Assembly: GCA_020137815.1 (NCBI GenBank)
Contig: CM035358.1
Coordinates: 1,736,001-1,800,000, forward strand
Direction: 5' to 3'
DNA length: 64,000 nucleotides
Origin: Hormiphora californensis
Taxonomy: Eukaryota > Animalia > Ctenophora
Shown here in pieces: positions 33,541 through 44,400 of this stretch (position 1 is its first letter; each line of letters opens with the position of its first letter). The position numbers were made by a program, and so were the translations under genes. Below the pieces are notes generated by a model. The model was given only the letters and a program-made list of their open reading frames with translations. It was not told the origin of the DNA and made no database searches.

Positions 33541-35448
33541 ATGCCAGATATGACAAATATGGCTACACCTACTGATGACAAAAGTGATGGCAATGCCCTT
33601 GCCGTTGGAAATCTTGTAAACGCAGCAGATCCCCTTACCAAAAAGATCCTGTCTGCCTACCGCCATGATGTGGATTACACCAAGAATCTAGACATCATCC
33701 GCACATTCAACTGTGCTCACCTGGAAGCCGCTGCATCGTTTTTCGGTGCATCCCCCGGCTCACATGCAGATAAAACTAAGCGGTACCAGAACCGCACTAC
33801 ACTAGCCGACTACATCATCATTCAGCTGGAAAGTCATTTTCCTTGTGACTGTGAGGGCTGTGGCGAAGGGTATGCAGTTAAACCAGGTGAATCTCCAGGA
33901 GATGTACCTGCCAGAATTTTACGTGACTGCCGATCATCGCTGTCATACCCCCTATCCATCTTATGGGCCAAATCGTTTGATTCTGGCATTGTACCACCCT
34001 GTCTGAAACTTCAGTACATTGCACCCCTCTACAAAAAGGGTCCTAAAATGAAAGCTGAAAATTACCGCCCGATCTCCCTCACCAGTCACATTGCCAAGAC
34101 ATTTGAACGGGTTGTAAGATCTCAAATGGTGTCATACTTTGAATCAGAGAACTTGTTTAACGAGTCTCAGCATGGGTTTAGAAGCAAGAGGAGCTGCTTA
34201 TCCCAACTCACTCGTCACATTGACAATATTCTGAACAATCTCAACGACCTTCTTGAAGTGGATGTAATCTACTTGGACTTCGAGAAGGCGTTTGATAAAG
34301 TTGACATCGGTATACTTCTCGAAAAGCTGCAGAGATATGGAGTTAAGGGCAAACTCCTTGAATGGATCCGCAGCTTCCTACTAGACCGGAAACAAACGGT
34401 CTTAGTCGACGGCGTAGCGTCTTCTTTTGCAGAAGTCAGAAGTGGGGTCCCACAAGGGACTGTTCTCGGTCCACTTTTATTTCTGATTTATGTAATTGAC
34501 CTGGAATCCGTAATCAAACACGGTTCTTCTTTGTCGTTCGCTGATGACACTAAAATCTTCTCTGCTATCCGTACTATGGTTGACAAATTGAACCTACAGG
34601 AGGATCTGAACAGTGTGATAACCTGGGCTGACGCTAACAATATGTCCTTGCACCAGTCAAAGTTCGAGGTCATGAATTTCACCCTGAATCACACCAGTTC
34701 GTTTAGAGAAGTACCGTTCAGTGCTGAGAACTATTCCTATCAACTGTCTGATGGGAGGTTCATCGATCCAACAGACACTGTCCGAGACTTAGGTGTTCTA
34801 CTCTCGAGTGATGGTCAATGGTCGGCCCAAATATCTCGAGTTGTTACCACGGCTAGTCGGGTTGCTGGATGGACGTTAAGTGCATTTAGATCCAGAACTC
34901 GCCGCACCATGATGACTCTTTACAAGTCACTGGTGCGTCCCCATCTTGACTACTGTTGCACACTGTGGTCACCTTCCAAAAATGGGGATATCAGTCGTGT
35001 TGAGGATATTCAACGATCGTACACCCGTAAGATCGTTGGTCTCAAGGGGCTGAACTACTGGCAACGTCTTCAAACCCTGGGACTTTTGTCGCTTCAGCGC
35101 CGACGAGAGAGGTACACTATGATTCTTGTGTGGAAAGTGTACAACAATGAGATACCCAACAGTACTGACATGTGTTTCGTCGACAGTCACCGCTCTGGCC
35201 CTAGAGCTGTCGTCCCTCGATACTCGTACGAGGCTCAACGATCTATCTTGTCGCTATATGAACAATCATTTGCGGTACTGGGGGCAAGGTTGTGGAACAC
35301 TTTGCCTCGATCTGTAAAGGAGGCCCCAACTCTTTATCAGTTCAAATCTCAGCTAGGTAGTTTCCTCTCTACCATTCCGGATACACCCCCCATCAGCGGT
35401 TATCCTGCTCAAGCAAACAGCAACTCAATACTAGAGTGGTGTCCATGA
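33541..35448 (+). CDS. CR1-group LINE ORF: ORF1 N-terminus fused in frame to reverse transcriptase, endonuclease absent
   Basis: RT motifs NYRPISLTS, QHGFR, YLDFEKAFDKV, GVPQGTVLGPLLF, FADD, RDLGV, LVRPHLDYC. First ~118 aa align with ORF1 at 36060 (LEAAASFFG/LEEAALFFG, LESHFPCDCEGC/IESLFPQFCEAC). Confidence 0.9.
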   Translation: MPDMTNMATPTDDKSDGNALAVGNLVNAADPLTKKILSAYRHDVDYTKNLDIIRTFNCAHLEAAASFFGASPGSHADKTKRYQNRTTLADYIIIQLESHFPCDCEGCGEGYAVKPGESPGDVPARILRDCRSSLSYPLSILWAKSFDSGIVPPCLKLQYIAPLYKKGPKMKAENYRPISLTSHIAKTFERVVRSQMVSYFESENLFNESQHGFRSKRSCLSQLTRHIDNILNNLNDLLEVDVIYLDFEKAFDKVDIGILLEKLQRYGVKGKLLEWIRSFLLDRKQTVLVDGVASSFAEVRSGVPQGTVLGPLLFLIYVIDLESVIKHGSSLSFADDTKIFSAIRTMVDKLNLQEDLNSVITWADANNMSLHQSKFEVMNFTLNHTSSFREVPFSAENYSYQLSDGRFIDPTDTVRDLGVLLSSDGQWSAQISRVVTTASRVAGWTLSAFRSRTRRTMMTLYKSLVRPHLDYCCTLWSPSKNGDISRVEDIQRSYTRKIVGLKGLNYWQRLQTLGLLSLQRRRERYTMILVWKVYNNEIPNSTDMCFVDSHRSGPRAVVPRYSYEAQRSILSLYEQSFAVLGARLWNTLPRSVKEAPTLYQFKSQLGSFLSTIPDTPPISGYPAQANSNSILEWCP

Positions 35449-35986
35449 TGCGTGTTAGTGTGTTATGTGTCGCTGTTGCTGTGAGTGTACTGAGTATTGA
35501 CTCTTTTTAGGAGGTTTATCTTTTTAAATATCCTGTGTGTTACGCAAATTTATGAATTTGATAATTTGATTTTAAGACCAGATCCATTTAAATGAACAAT
35601 GCTAACTCTCGTACGCAGCAATCTCTAATTCCTGCCTCATGATGAAGACTTCAAATTTGGAGGACAATATTGACAGTGGCAAGTTATTGTAACCAGAATT
35701 AATAAATAAACAAATGAAATTTGGAGGTTAGGAAGACTTTCGAAGTTTTGGTAGTTGAGATCCTGTAAAACCTTGTTTTACTTGAAAAACTAGAGGTTAG
35801 GAAGACCGAAGAAATTGACATGTTCTTGATTCTTTTTCTTCCAAACCTCCGATTTATCAAATCTTATCAGGGAGTGGAGGCTGGAGCAGGGAGCTATGAC
35901 ATCAAGATGTCACGTTGTGACTAATGTCCACTACTCTTTCACAAGCACACTAATTATAATTCGATATCCGGTCACTCTACCGTACA

Positions 35987-36028
35987 GTTTCAAACTTTTC
36001 AACACTACTTTAAACAAATTAATTTGAG
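35987..36028 (+). other. 42-nt spliced-leader-like sequence heading LINE 2
   Basis: Identical to 33454-33495; 31 nt upstream of the ORF1 ATG; flanks unrelated to those of the first copy. Confidence 0.8.
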
Positions 36029-36059
36029 CCAAATGTCTGCCTGACCACCCCGGAAGACG

Positions 36060-37277
36060 ATGCCGGAAATGTCAAACGAGATACTAGCGAAACAGAAAGC
36101 AGTGCTGTCGGAGCTATGTGATGACCCCGACTGTAGTGACGAGGTGAAACGGATCGTGAAGGCCTACAGTCCTACAGCTAAAAGGTACCAGACCAATCTC
36201 AAGGCACTTGATCGTTTTACGGACATTGTTTTGGAGGAGGCTGCGCTTTTCTTTGGGGGGAAACCCCGTACTGATGACGGAAAGGAAAAACGGTACCGGG
36301 ACAAAGCCAGTCTCATCGACTGGTTGATAATGGCTATTGAAAGTCTATTTCCGCAATTTTGTGAGGCATGCGAGAAAGACTATGTGATCAAAAGGTGTGA
36401 GAAATCCAGGTTCAATTGTGGAAGTTGTGGGGCAGGGAGCCATAATTGCACCCTAATCCAGGAGCAACCGCTGTGCTCTATTCCAGGTTTCAAGTGGATT
36501 TGTCACATGTGTTGCAAGAAACACACACTGGAAAAGTTTGTGGGTTCCAGTGGGGAGTTTGCAAGCCCTCCCAAGAGTGCAGTAAGTGAGGCTTCGGATG
36601 ACGCCCTAAGGAGGAGGTTCAGCTTCATGTCAGAGGTTGGAGACACCAAACCAGAACACCAGCAGAAGCCACCCGGTCAGAAATTCAACAGTGTGGAGGA
36701 GGCTGACGAGGGCAAGAAGAAAGACGATGATAAGCCGATCCCGGTGTGCCAACACTACCTACAAAATCGGTGCAAGTACGGCCGCTACGGAACGAAGAAG
36801 ATCGACGGAGTTTCATGCCAGAAGTCACATCCCCCAATGTGCCGGAGATACTGCGCCCATGGGTCCATGAAGAAATACGGCTGTCAGCTGGGGAAAGAGT
36901 GTCGATACTACCATCCACCTATCTGCCGCTCTTCCCAGTTCAGGCACGAATGCCTCAAGAAGGACTGTCGTTTTCAGCATCTCAAGAACACCCGACGAGT
37001 TGCAGTGGACGAGACTCTCAATCTCAATCGGAACGGAACCCTGTCTTTTGGTGTCGGAAGGGCTGAGACGAACTATGCTAGGGATACGGAGATACCACGA
37101 TCCCAAAATCCGAGTGGTAGCTCCAATGACACCCGTGAACCACCCCGATTTGATGAGGATTCTTTTTTAGAGAGACTGTTCGGGAGAATGGAAGTGAGAA
37201 TGAAACAGATGCTAGACAAGAGGTTCGAGAGTATAGAGACGATACGCCCGACTCTAAGTCAATGGAGAGATCGTTAG
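36060..37277 (+). CDS. LINE ORF1 with PHD finger and three CCCH-type zinc fingers
   Basis: CEAC..CGSC..SHNC..WICHMC (C4HC3); CQHYLQNRC..C..H, CRRYC..C..C..H, CRSS..C..C..H. Confidence 0.85.
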   Translation: MPEMSNEILAKQKAVLSELCDDPDCSDEVKRIVKAYSPTAKRYQTNLKALDRFTDIVLEEAALFFGGKPRTDDGKEKRYRDKASLIDWLIMAIESLFPQFCEACEKDYVIKRCEKSRFNCGSCGAGSHNCTLIQEQPLCSIPGFKWICHMCCKKHTLEKFVGSSGEFASPPKSAVSEASDDALRRRFSFMSEVGDTKPEHQQKPPGQKFNSVEEADEGKKKDDDKPIPVCQHYLQNRCKYGRYGTKKIDGVSCQKSHPPMCRRYCAHGSMKKYGCQLGKECRYYHPPICRSSQFRHECLKKDCRFQHLKNTRRVAVDETLNLNRNGTLSFGVGRAETNYARDTEIPRSQNPSGSSNDTREPPRFDEDSFLERLFGRMEVRMKQMLDKRFESIETIRPTLSQWRDR

Positions 37278-38619
37278 GGACTGTTTCTACTACGAGTAAC
37301 ATATTACTGCTTAATGCAAGGAGTCTAAGTCCGGCAGGTGATACGTGCTGGAAACTCGGTCTTATTAGAGATTATATAAGAAATGAGAAAACTCCTACAG
37401 TAGCCATTGCAGTTACTGAAACCTGGTTTAAAGGGTATCACTCAGATGCCCAGGTTGAGATACCGGGATATAATGTTTTTAGGAGTGACAGAGTGAGTAG
37501 AGTCGGTGGAGGCTGTGCTCTGTATGTTCACTCGTCGCTGGCTGTTTCTGATAGTACATGTTTTGCTAGTGCGTTTAACAATATGAAAGCTGTCTATGTT
37601 GGCCAGGTTAACACCATATTTGCTGCTGTTTATCGTTCAGAGTCGAGTGTTTTGGACTTTCAGAGACTAATGAACACCTTACAGACATTTATCGATAAGT
37701 ACAGTGAGAGCGGGTTACCAGAAGTGGTATTATCGGGTGATTTTAATCTCCCACTCTTTAATTGGGTTGACGGGTCATCAGTCCCAGTTGATCAGCCTAA
37801 CTACAATGTTGTATCGGACTTTATGGACACTAATTTTCTATCCCAGGTTGTAGAGGGCCCTACCAGGGGCAACAATACGTTAGATCTCGTGTTCACCAAC
37901 AGACCGGACTACTTCAGCGATATTTCCATTACAGATGAGGGTGTATCAGATCATCTGTGGGTATCATGTCACCTCACCTTCAACCCTCTCGGTCCAGTAA
38001 GTCTATTTCTGCCTGGCAAACTGGAAGGTTATCGGCAACTGGATCTCCATTCAGCGGACTTTGTGAGTATTGATGCTGACCTTGCAGCTACTGATTGGGA
38101 CAAACTGCTTGTTGAGTGTGAGGATCTGGGTGATGAGGATGGCTCATTGTTTGTGGAAGCTGTTCGAGATAGAGTGTTCAAGGTGGTTAAGTCACATTGC
38201 CGAGTGAAGAAAATGCGAAAGGACTTTGTAGACAAGGAGCTCAGGCATTTGACTAGCAGGAGGCGTAAACTTGATAAACGTAAGAACGATTCAGTAAAGT
38301 GGAAATCGGTGATGGATTGTTTAATTGGGAAAATCAAATCCCATCTGATATCAAGGGACAAGAAAGTGGAGAGGAAGGCTGTGGGTGCTATCAAGGTAAA
38401 CCCCAAGTACTTTTATACTCACGTTAAAAAGAACTCCAAGGTTAAATCATCAGTTGCCCCCCTTGAGCGTGCGGATGGTTCCTTAACTGTGGACCCCCTG
38501 GAGAAGGCTAACCTACTACAACACCAGTTTGCTAGCGTCTTCAGCAATCCGGCGGCTATTGATCCCTCTGTGGCAGCGGGTAACATTGAGGATCAGTGCG
38601 TGGATCCTGGGCAGGCAGC
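37262..38619 (+). pseudogene. LINE ORF2 N-terminal part: apurinic-like endonuclease, truncated by deletion and LTR insertion
   Basis: LLNARS, IAVTETW, GGGCALYV, GDFN, PTRGNNTLDLVF, SDH motifs; overlaps the ORF1 stop by 16 nt. Confidence 0.9.
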
Positions 38620-40110
38620 TGTGGGATATGTGAGGTACCCATGTTACCCCAGTGCCTCTACCTTCCTTATGATTCTTAGAGTCCCCTTTGCAACATCTAT
38701 CTCTGGGGCAATATTATGGTAGCGACTGGTAGTTTGTGTTCTCAGGAAAGAACAAGTGTGAAGAAGCCAGGTAGCGAAGTCGCACTGGTTTAGTTAGTCT
38801 GGCTTGTAACTATTCCACCTGTCAAGTAGAGAGAACCCTACTATTAGTTTATTTGAGTAAACCGTTACTGTTGAGTTTCGGAGACGCAGAGACGCATGGT
38901 AGAGCCTGGCCCGAGATAGGAAAAATGAGCTGGTCTAGCCTGCCGGTCGTTGACAGTTAGCGGCAGCTGTCGGCACGGCAGAGCCGGAAAACTTTGGACC
39001 AGGTGAAGCACGGTTCCAAGCTTGGTAGACTAGACAGTCACGTGGTGTTGTAAATATTAACCTCCGGAGTATATAAAGAGCGAGCAAATATGGTAAAAGT
39101 GTGGCTTGTGGCTTGTGGCTTGTGAGTGGGACGCCCCTAGTATCTCTTTTGTGTTGTATCCGATTCTCCGTACGTTGATATTCACACCGTGGTGAACCTT
39201 GTTGTTTTACTGTCTATGTGCATGTGCCCTAAAACAACCCCTTCATCTGGCAGAACACCCTACACCTACAGCCCGCGAACCCACAACCTGAGCTCCTACT
39301 AGGGCACCCCCCTGTCACAGTCTCACTCCCAAGAAGTACACAATCGCTCAACTGGTGACCTTGATGGGACCCCACAAAACTGCTGATGATGTGCCTCTTC
39401 CGGCCCCCGAGAATCTGAGAACCCGGCCAAGACAAGACCATGAGGAGGATGATGATGTTGAACATGCCCTGATGTTGTTCCAAGAGGAGGACGAGGCGAA
39501 AGATCAAGAATGTAACATCAACCTGCTAAGTGGAGATGTAGCTGACCAAGGAGTGGTGACTACTGACTGGTGAGAGAAAGAGCGGACACTCCATTAGCTG
39601 TTCCAGAGCCGCGGTATAACATCAGGCCCCGACACCAGCAAGAGAGGCGATAGCTTTGGGGGTGCGTGAGGGTTATAACAAATCCAACTCCAATTAACTG
39701 CAGAACGATTGGTGTTGGAAATTGAGCCCCTAGCAAGGAGGATTTGGTGTCTTATATGACGTCTTGCTTAGGAGATTACCTTGGTTACTGGAGAGACTCG
39801 AGGCGACCGGAGGTTGAAGCCGTTCTTCATTCTAAACGGGCATGTGCACGGGAGGAATGATTGAATTTGGACCGGACACCTACATCGATCCAGATGTGCC
39901 GTCGGACAATGATGATGGGCATGTGCCCAAGGGGGATAGTATTCAGGGCGGAGGCATCTTACTGGAAACTGAGGAAGGAATCTCTCCTCAAGATTGATAA
40001 CACCTAATTCACCAACGAGCTAAGTCAAGCCTTGTCTGACTCTATTGAACAATTATTCTTTATGGGTTGCAAAGCAAATGTGAAAATGGGATGTGTGTAG
40101 GGTTTTGGAA

Positions 40111-40778
40111 TATATGAGGCATAAACTCTGGCCACTGGCACGTTATTTCAGATACCTTTCTCCCAGCGCGCCGCTGGGAGAAGGTAGCTGTAGTTTATCC
40201 GCCAGTGGCGGATAAACTGGTTTAAATCACGACGACGATCCCGAGGCGGAGCCGAGGGAGAGGCGGAGGGGTTTAAACCAATAACGTGCCATTGGTCAGA
40301 GTTTATGGGTTATATACCCTGCTTTAGTTGTTTGTTTCAAGTATTACACACTAACAAGAGAGAAAACACTAATCAAAACACACAAAGAGAACTGAGAAAC
40401 AGTCAAAAACATCTCTCAATTGAGTGTATATTGTTTGGTAACAGTTACTAAGGAGAGAGAGAAAGAAATAACAAGATATAATGGGGCATGCCAGACATAA
40501 CACAGAGGAATTGAGATAGTGAAACAAAAGGGGAGATAAAGAGAGAGTAATTGGCGGAATGTGTTGTTTCTTTCTCTCCAATTTAGTGTGTAACTCTTCC
40601 AAACAGTGTTCCCTCTGTATTTCAGTAAGAACTGATCATTTACACACACTTTGAATGTAACATAGGAGTTAAAAATAAATAACCTGCCAGTGGGAAATAA
40701 TCTGCCGCTGGACTGGCTGGTTATCGAGAGCGCGCTAGTGGGACTGGCGCATTATTTAAGTTAGCAGGGTATATATTA
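40111..40778. mobile_element. Hairpin-rich non-autonomous element (Crypton-like architecture) inside the LTR element
   Basis: IR ATAAACTCTGGCCACTGGCACGTTATT / AATAACGTGCCATTGGTCAGAGTTTAT enclosing three hairpins, including CCGAGGCGGAGCCGAGG; second IR TATATACCCTGCT / AGCAGGGTATATA. Confidence 0.45.
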
Positions 40779-42488
40779 ATATGAAACCTTGTAACGGACC
40801 GTGCTTCTACCAATTAGGCGTGGTGTAGCGACACCTGGGTGTTGAGTAGGAGAGACTTGAGCGGTCTCTGCGTCTCCCATGCTTTGTAATTTTAGGGACC
40901 GACTAAGCACTCTTTACAGTATGACGAACTGACCTATTTAGATGCGGTTTATGAAAAACAACTCCTCCCTGACTTTTCTGTGTGTGTCTGAGCATTTGAT
41001 TGCTCGGATATGTTTTCTTTATCGTTGTTCTTCATTTGTACAGGAACCGCTATAGACGACAGTTTCGATATAAAGTGTGTTTTAAGGCCCCATATATTAC
41101 ACAGTAGGTATATAGTCAATCAGTAGTCGAGATTCGTTAGATGCAGAGTTGAGATTGAGACCAAGAGATCTGAGCTGAGAGAGTGAGTATGACACATGAT
41201 CTACTGGGTGGCGTGTGGTAGCATTGCCCGAGTTTGTTCGTTTGGAAGTTGTGAGATTGCTAGCTTGTTGACAACCCGAAGTGATCATCTTCTGAGGGCA
41301 CTGCTCCACGGCATTCTTGGAGACCTTGTATAGGTTAGAGTTTGAGTCACAGTCACTGTAGAAAAGAGAGAGAGTTAGGAGAGCTTTTAGACAATAGAGA
41401 GAGTAAGAGATAGAGAGTTGAACGCATCATTAAGAGAGAAATGAACAGTGAATAGTGATAAAGTGGAAAGCATGTTGAGAGAAACCGTGTTAGTACATGA
41501 GACGTCATGTTTATTGTTTAGGCGTGAGACGTCATGAGGACTCAAGAGAGCAACTTGTGTTCAGGTAGAATTGCTCCTATCTAGGACACAATGTCTGTCA
41601 TTTTAAAGCTCGTTTCGCTTTTGAGACTCATTACCTTAATTGCGAAGCCAAGACCCAGCGTAATGAACTGTATGCTTGTAGAGCTAAGAAATGGCGGCTT
41701 GAGTCAGACCTTTCGGAGAGATTGAGCGTTGGGAGATAGAGCTAGTCGTTTAAGACCGATTTTGTATTCGGTGATATCAGTGATCTGCATCTGTACTTGT
41801 GGAGCCAGTGATTCGTGCTGCAATGCAATTGGTTTATAGCGAGCCCTAGCCGAGTCTATCAAACTCAAGTCTTCGAAAGGTTAGAGTTTAGAGAGATTTA
41901 AATTGGTGAGTTAGAGGTTCAGAGAATAGAAGAGACTAGAAGAAACTAGAAGAGAATAGAGAGCTACTGAGTGAGTTGAGTCATCGAGGATATGGGTTAT
42001 TATCTATTTAGTATCTAGGAGAATTGAGATCTGCTGAGTAAGAGTTAGGCCAACTAACAGCACTGGTGTGATTTTCTGGTACGGTCTGATCTAAGCAGTC
42101 TCACTACGTGTTTGTTGTTGGTCAGAGATATTGGCACTCGAGTTTGTGATTGAATCGACGCGACTGACGCTCTTCGGTCATAGATTGGAGTGTCAGTAGG
42201 GTTGCCCGTATGATTTTGACTAGAATTGATGCGACTGACGCTCGTCTATCCGGGATCATGCGGAGCAAAGAGAGAGTGGGAACGAGTAGTAGAGTTTTAG
42301 GAAGCAAGACTGACTGAGTAGTTATATATTGAGCTTTTATATAGTCTTAGATTAGTTTTAGAGTCTGAGTAGAGTCTGAGTAATTTGAACGAGCTGAGAG
42401 GTTCCTTGGGCCAACTGCTGGTCATGAACTCCGACATGCACCTCATACCAGTTGGCAGATGTGCTTGTGCGTGAGATCTTGAGCATGC

Positions 42489-42603
42489 AGTGAGTGAGTG
42501 AGTGAGTGAGTGAGTGAGTGAGTGAGTGAGTGAGTGAGTGAGTGAGTGAGTGAGTGAGTGAGTGAGTGAGTGAGTGAGTGAGTGAGTGAGTGAGTGAGTG
42601 AGT
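42489..42603. repeat. (TGAG)n microsatellite
   Basis: Seen directly in the sequence. Confidence 0.97.
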
Positions 42604-44059
42604 AGTCGAGTTCTCTATAGTTCTTTAGGTGTTCTGAGGTGGCTTTGATTTGCCTAGGTCAGTATGCACCTGTTATGACGTGGGTATTGGTCCTGGGGAC
42701 TTCGAAACCGCTAAAAGACGATATATTACTATTTATGAGTAGAGTTAGTTAATGAGTCAGTCTTGGGAGTAGAGCTAATATTAATTAGGAGTTACTTAAT
42801 TTTGTCACCCGAAGTAAGGGGTCACTCTTAGTCTTGTAGGAGAGGGTGAATGTGGGATATGTGAGGTACCCATGTTACCCCAGTGCCTCTACCTTCCTTA
42901 TGATTCTTAGAGTCCCCTTTGCAACATCTATCTCTGGGGCAATATTATGGTAGCGACTGGTAGTTTGTGTTCTCAGGAAAGAACAAGTGTGAAGAAGCCA
43001 GGTAGCGAAGTCGCACTGGTTTAGTTAGTCTGGCTTGTAACTATTCCACCTGTCAAGTAGAGAGAACCCTACTATTAGTTTATTTGAGTAAACCGTTACT
43101 GTTGAGTTTCGGAGACGCAGAGACGCATGGTAGAGCCTGGCCCGAGATAGGAAAAATGAGCTGGTCTAGCCTGCCGGTCGTTGACAGTTAGCGGCAGCTG
43201 TCGGCACGGCAGAGCCGGAAAACTTTGGACCAGGTGAAGCACGGTTCCAAGCTTGGTAGACTAGACAGTCACGTGGTGTTGTAAATATTAACCTCAGGAG
43301 TATATAAAGAGCGAGCAAATATGGTAAAAGTGTGGCTTGTGAGTGGGACGCCCCTAGTATCTCTTTTGTGTTGTATCCGATTCTCCGTACGTTGATATTC
43401 ACACCGTGGTGAACCTTGTTGTTTTACTGTCTATGTGCATGTGCACTGATATCTATCACTCCAAAGTCCAAGTTCACCTCGTCCGGCGGTTGTTTTAAGG
43501 GCATGTGCCCTAAAACAACCCCTTCATCTGGCAGAACACCCTACACCTACAGCCCGCGAACCCACAACCTGAGCTCCTACTAGGGCACCCCCCTGTCACA
43601 GTCTCACTCCCAAGAAGTACACAATCGCTCACAGCAGTGTGTGATGGTGGATGGGGTTAGGTCACCATGGGTGGAGGTGCTCAGCGGGGTGGCGCAGGGT
43701 AGTGTCCTGGGCCCTCTCCTCTTCCTTATTTATATACTGGACCTGGAATCTGTACTGGATGGTAGTATGTGTCTCACCTTTGCGGATGATACCAAGTTAA
43801 TGAAAGCCATAACAGATATTGTTGATCAGGAGGGTTTACAATCTGATCTTTTGAAGGTTACAGAATGGGCCAAGATAAACAATATGGTGCTACATGATCA
43901 GAAATTTCAACTCCTGAGTTACAGACTGAACAAGTCGGCAATCTACAAGGAATTCCCTTTTTCAGTTGACATATGTTCGTATACCACAAAATCTGGAGTA
44001 CAACTGTTTCCTGAATTAAAGAGAAACAACGATTTTGCAGTACTAATATTCAATTAAGA

Positions 44060-44101
44060 ACAGGAGCTTTCGACTGATCTATGTCAGACGTCTTCAGCTA
44101 T
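44060..44101 (-). ncRNA. Minimal type I hammerhead ribozyme motif
   Basis: Minus strand ATAG-CTGAAGA-c-GTCTGA-cataga-TCAGTC-GAAA-GC-TC-CTGT: CUGANGA and GAAA cores, stem II with one mismatch, palindromic AGCT stem III, 4-bp stem I. Confidence 0.7.
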
Positions 44102-44400
44102 AACAACAATGAAAATGAAAGTGTTTATGTAGTGGAGAAGAGGATATGGGATCCGGGGAGGGGAGGAGAGAGGAAGGGATGAGATCCGAGAAGGAAGATG
44201 CGATCCGAGAGGAGGGGATGGGGGAGGTGATCCAAGGGAAGGGAGAAGAGGTGATCCGAGCTGAAGAGAATTAGGAAACAGGTTTGGGAGATCTAGGTTT
44301 GATGGAGATGCCAGCAGGACGGGGTTTGAAGGAGTTAGCAATTCTGGGGAGAAGGTGAGTCCATTGGAGGTTGACAGTAGGAACTTTATCTGTTCGGTTA

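Larger units (their letters stand above)
38620..43631 (+). mobile_element. Gypsy-like LTR element with decayed internal region
   Basis: LTRs 38620-39350 and 42851-43631 (TG...CA, near identical); 4-bp TSD CAGC; PBS TGGTGACC at 39353; purine tract AGGAGAGGGTGAA before the 3' LTR; RNase H-like remnant EILALEFVIESTRLTLFGHRL at ~42125-42190. Confidence 0.88.

Noticed and set aside
40790-41101. TGTAA...TTACA possible solo LTR
   Set aside because: No target-site duplication and no second copy in the window.
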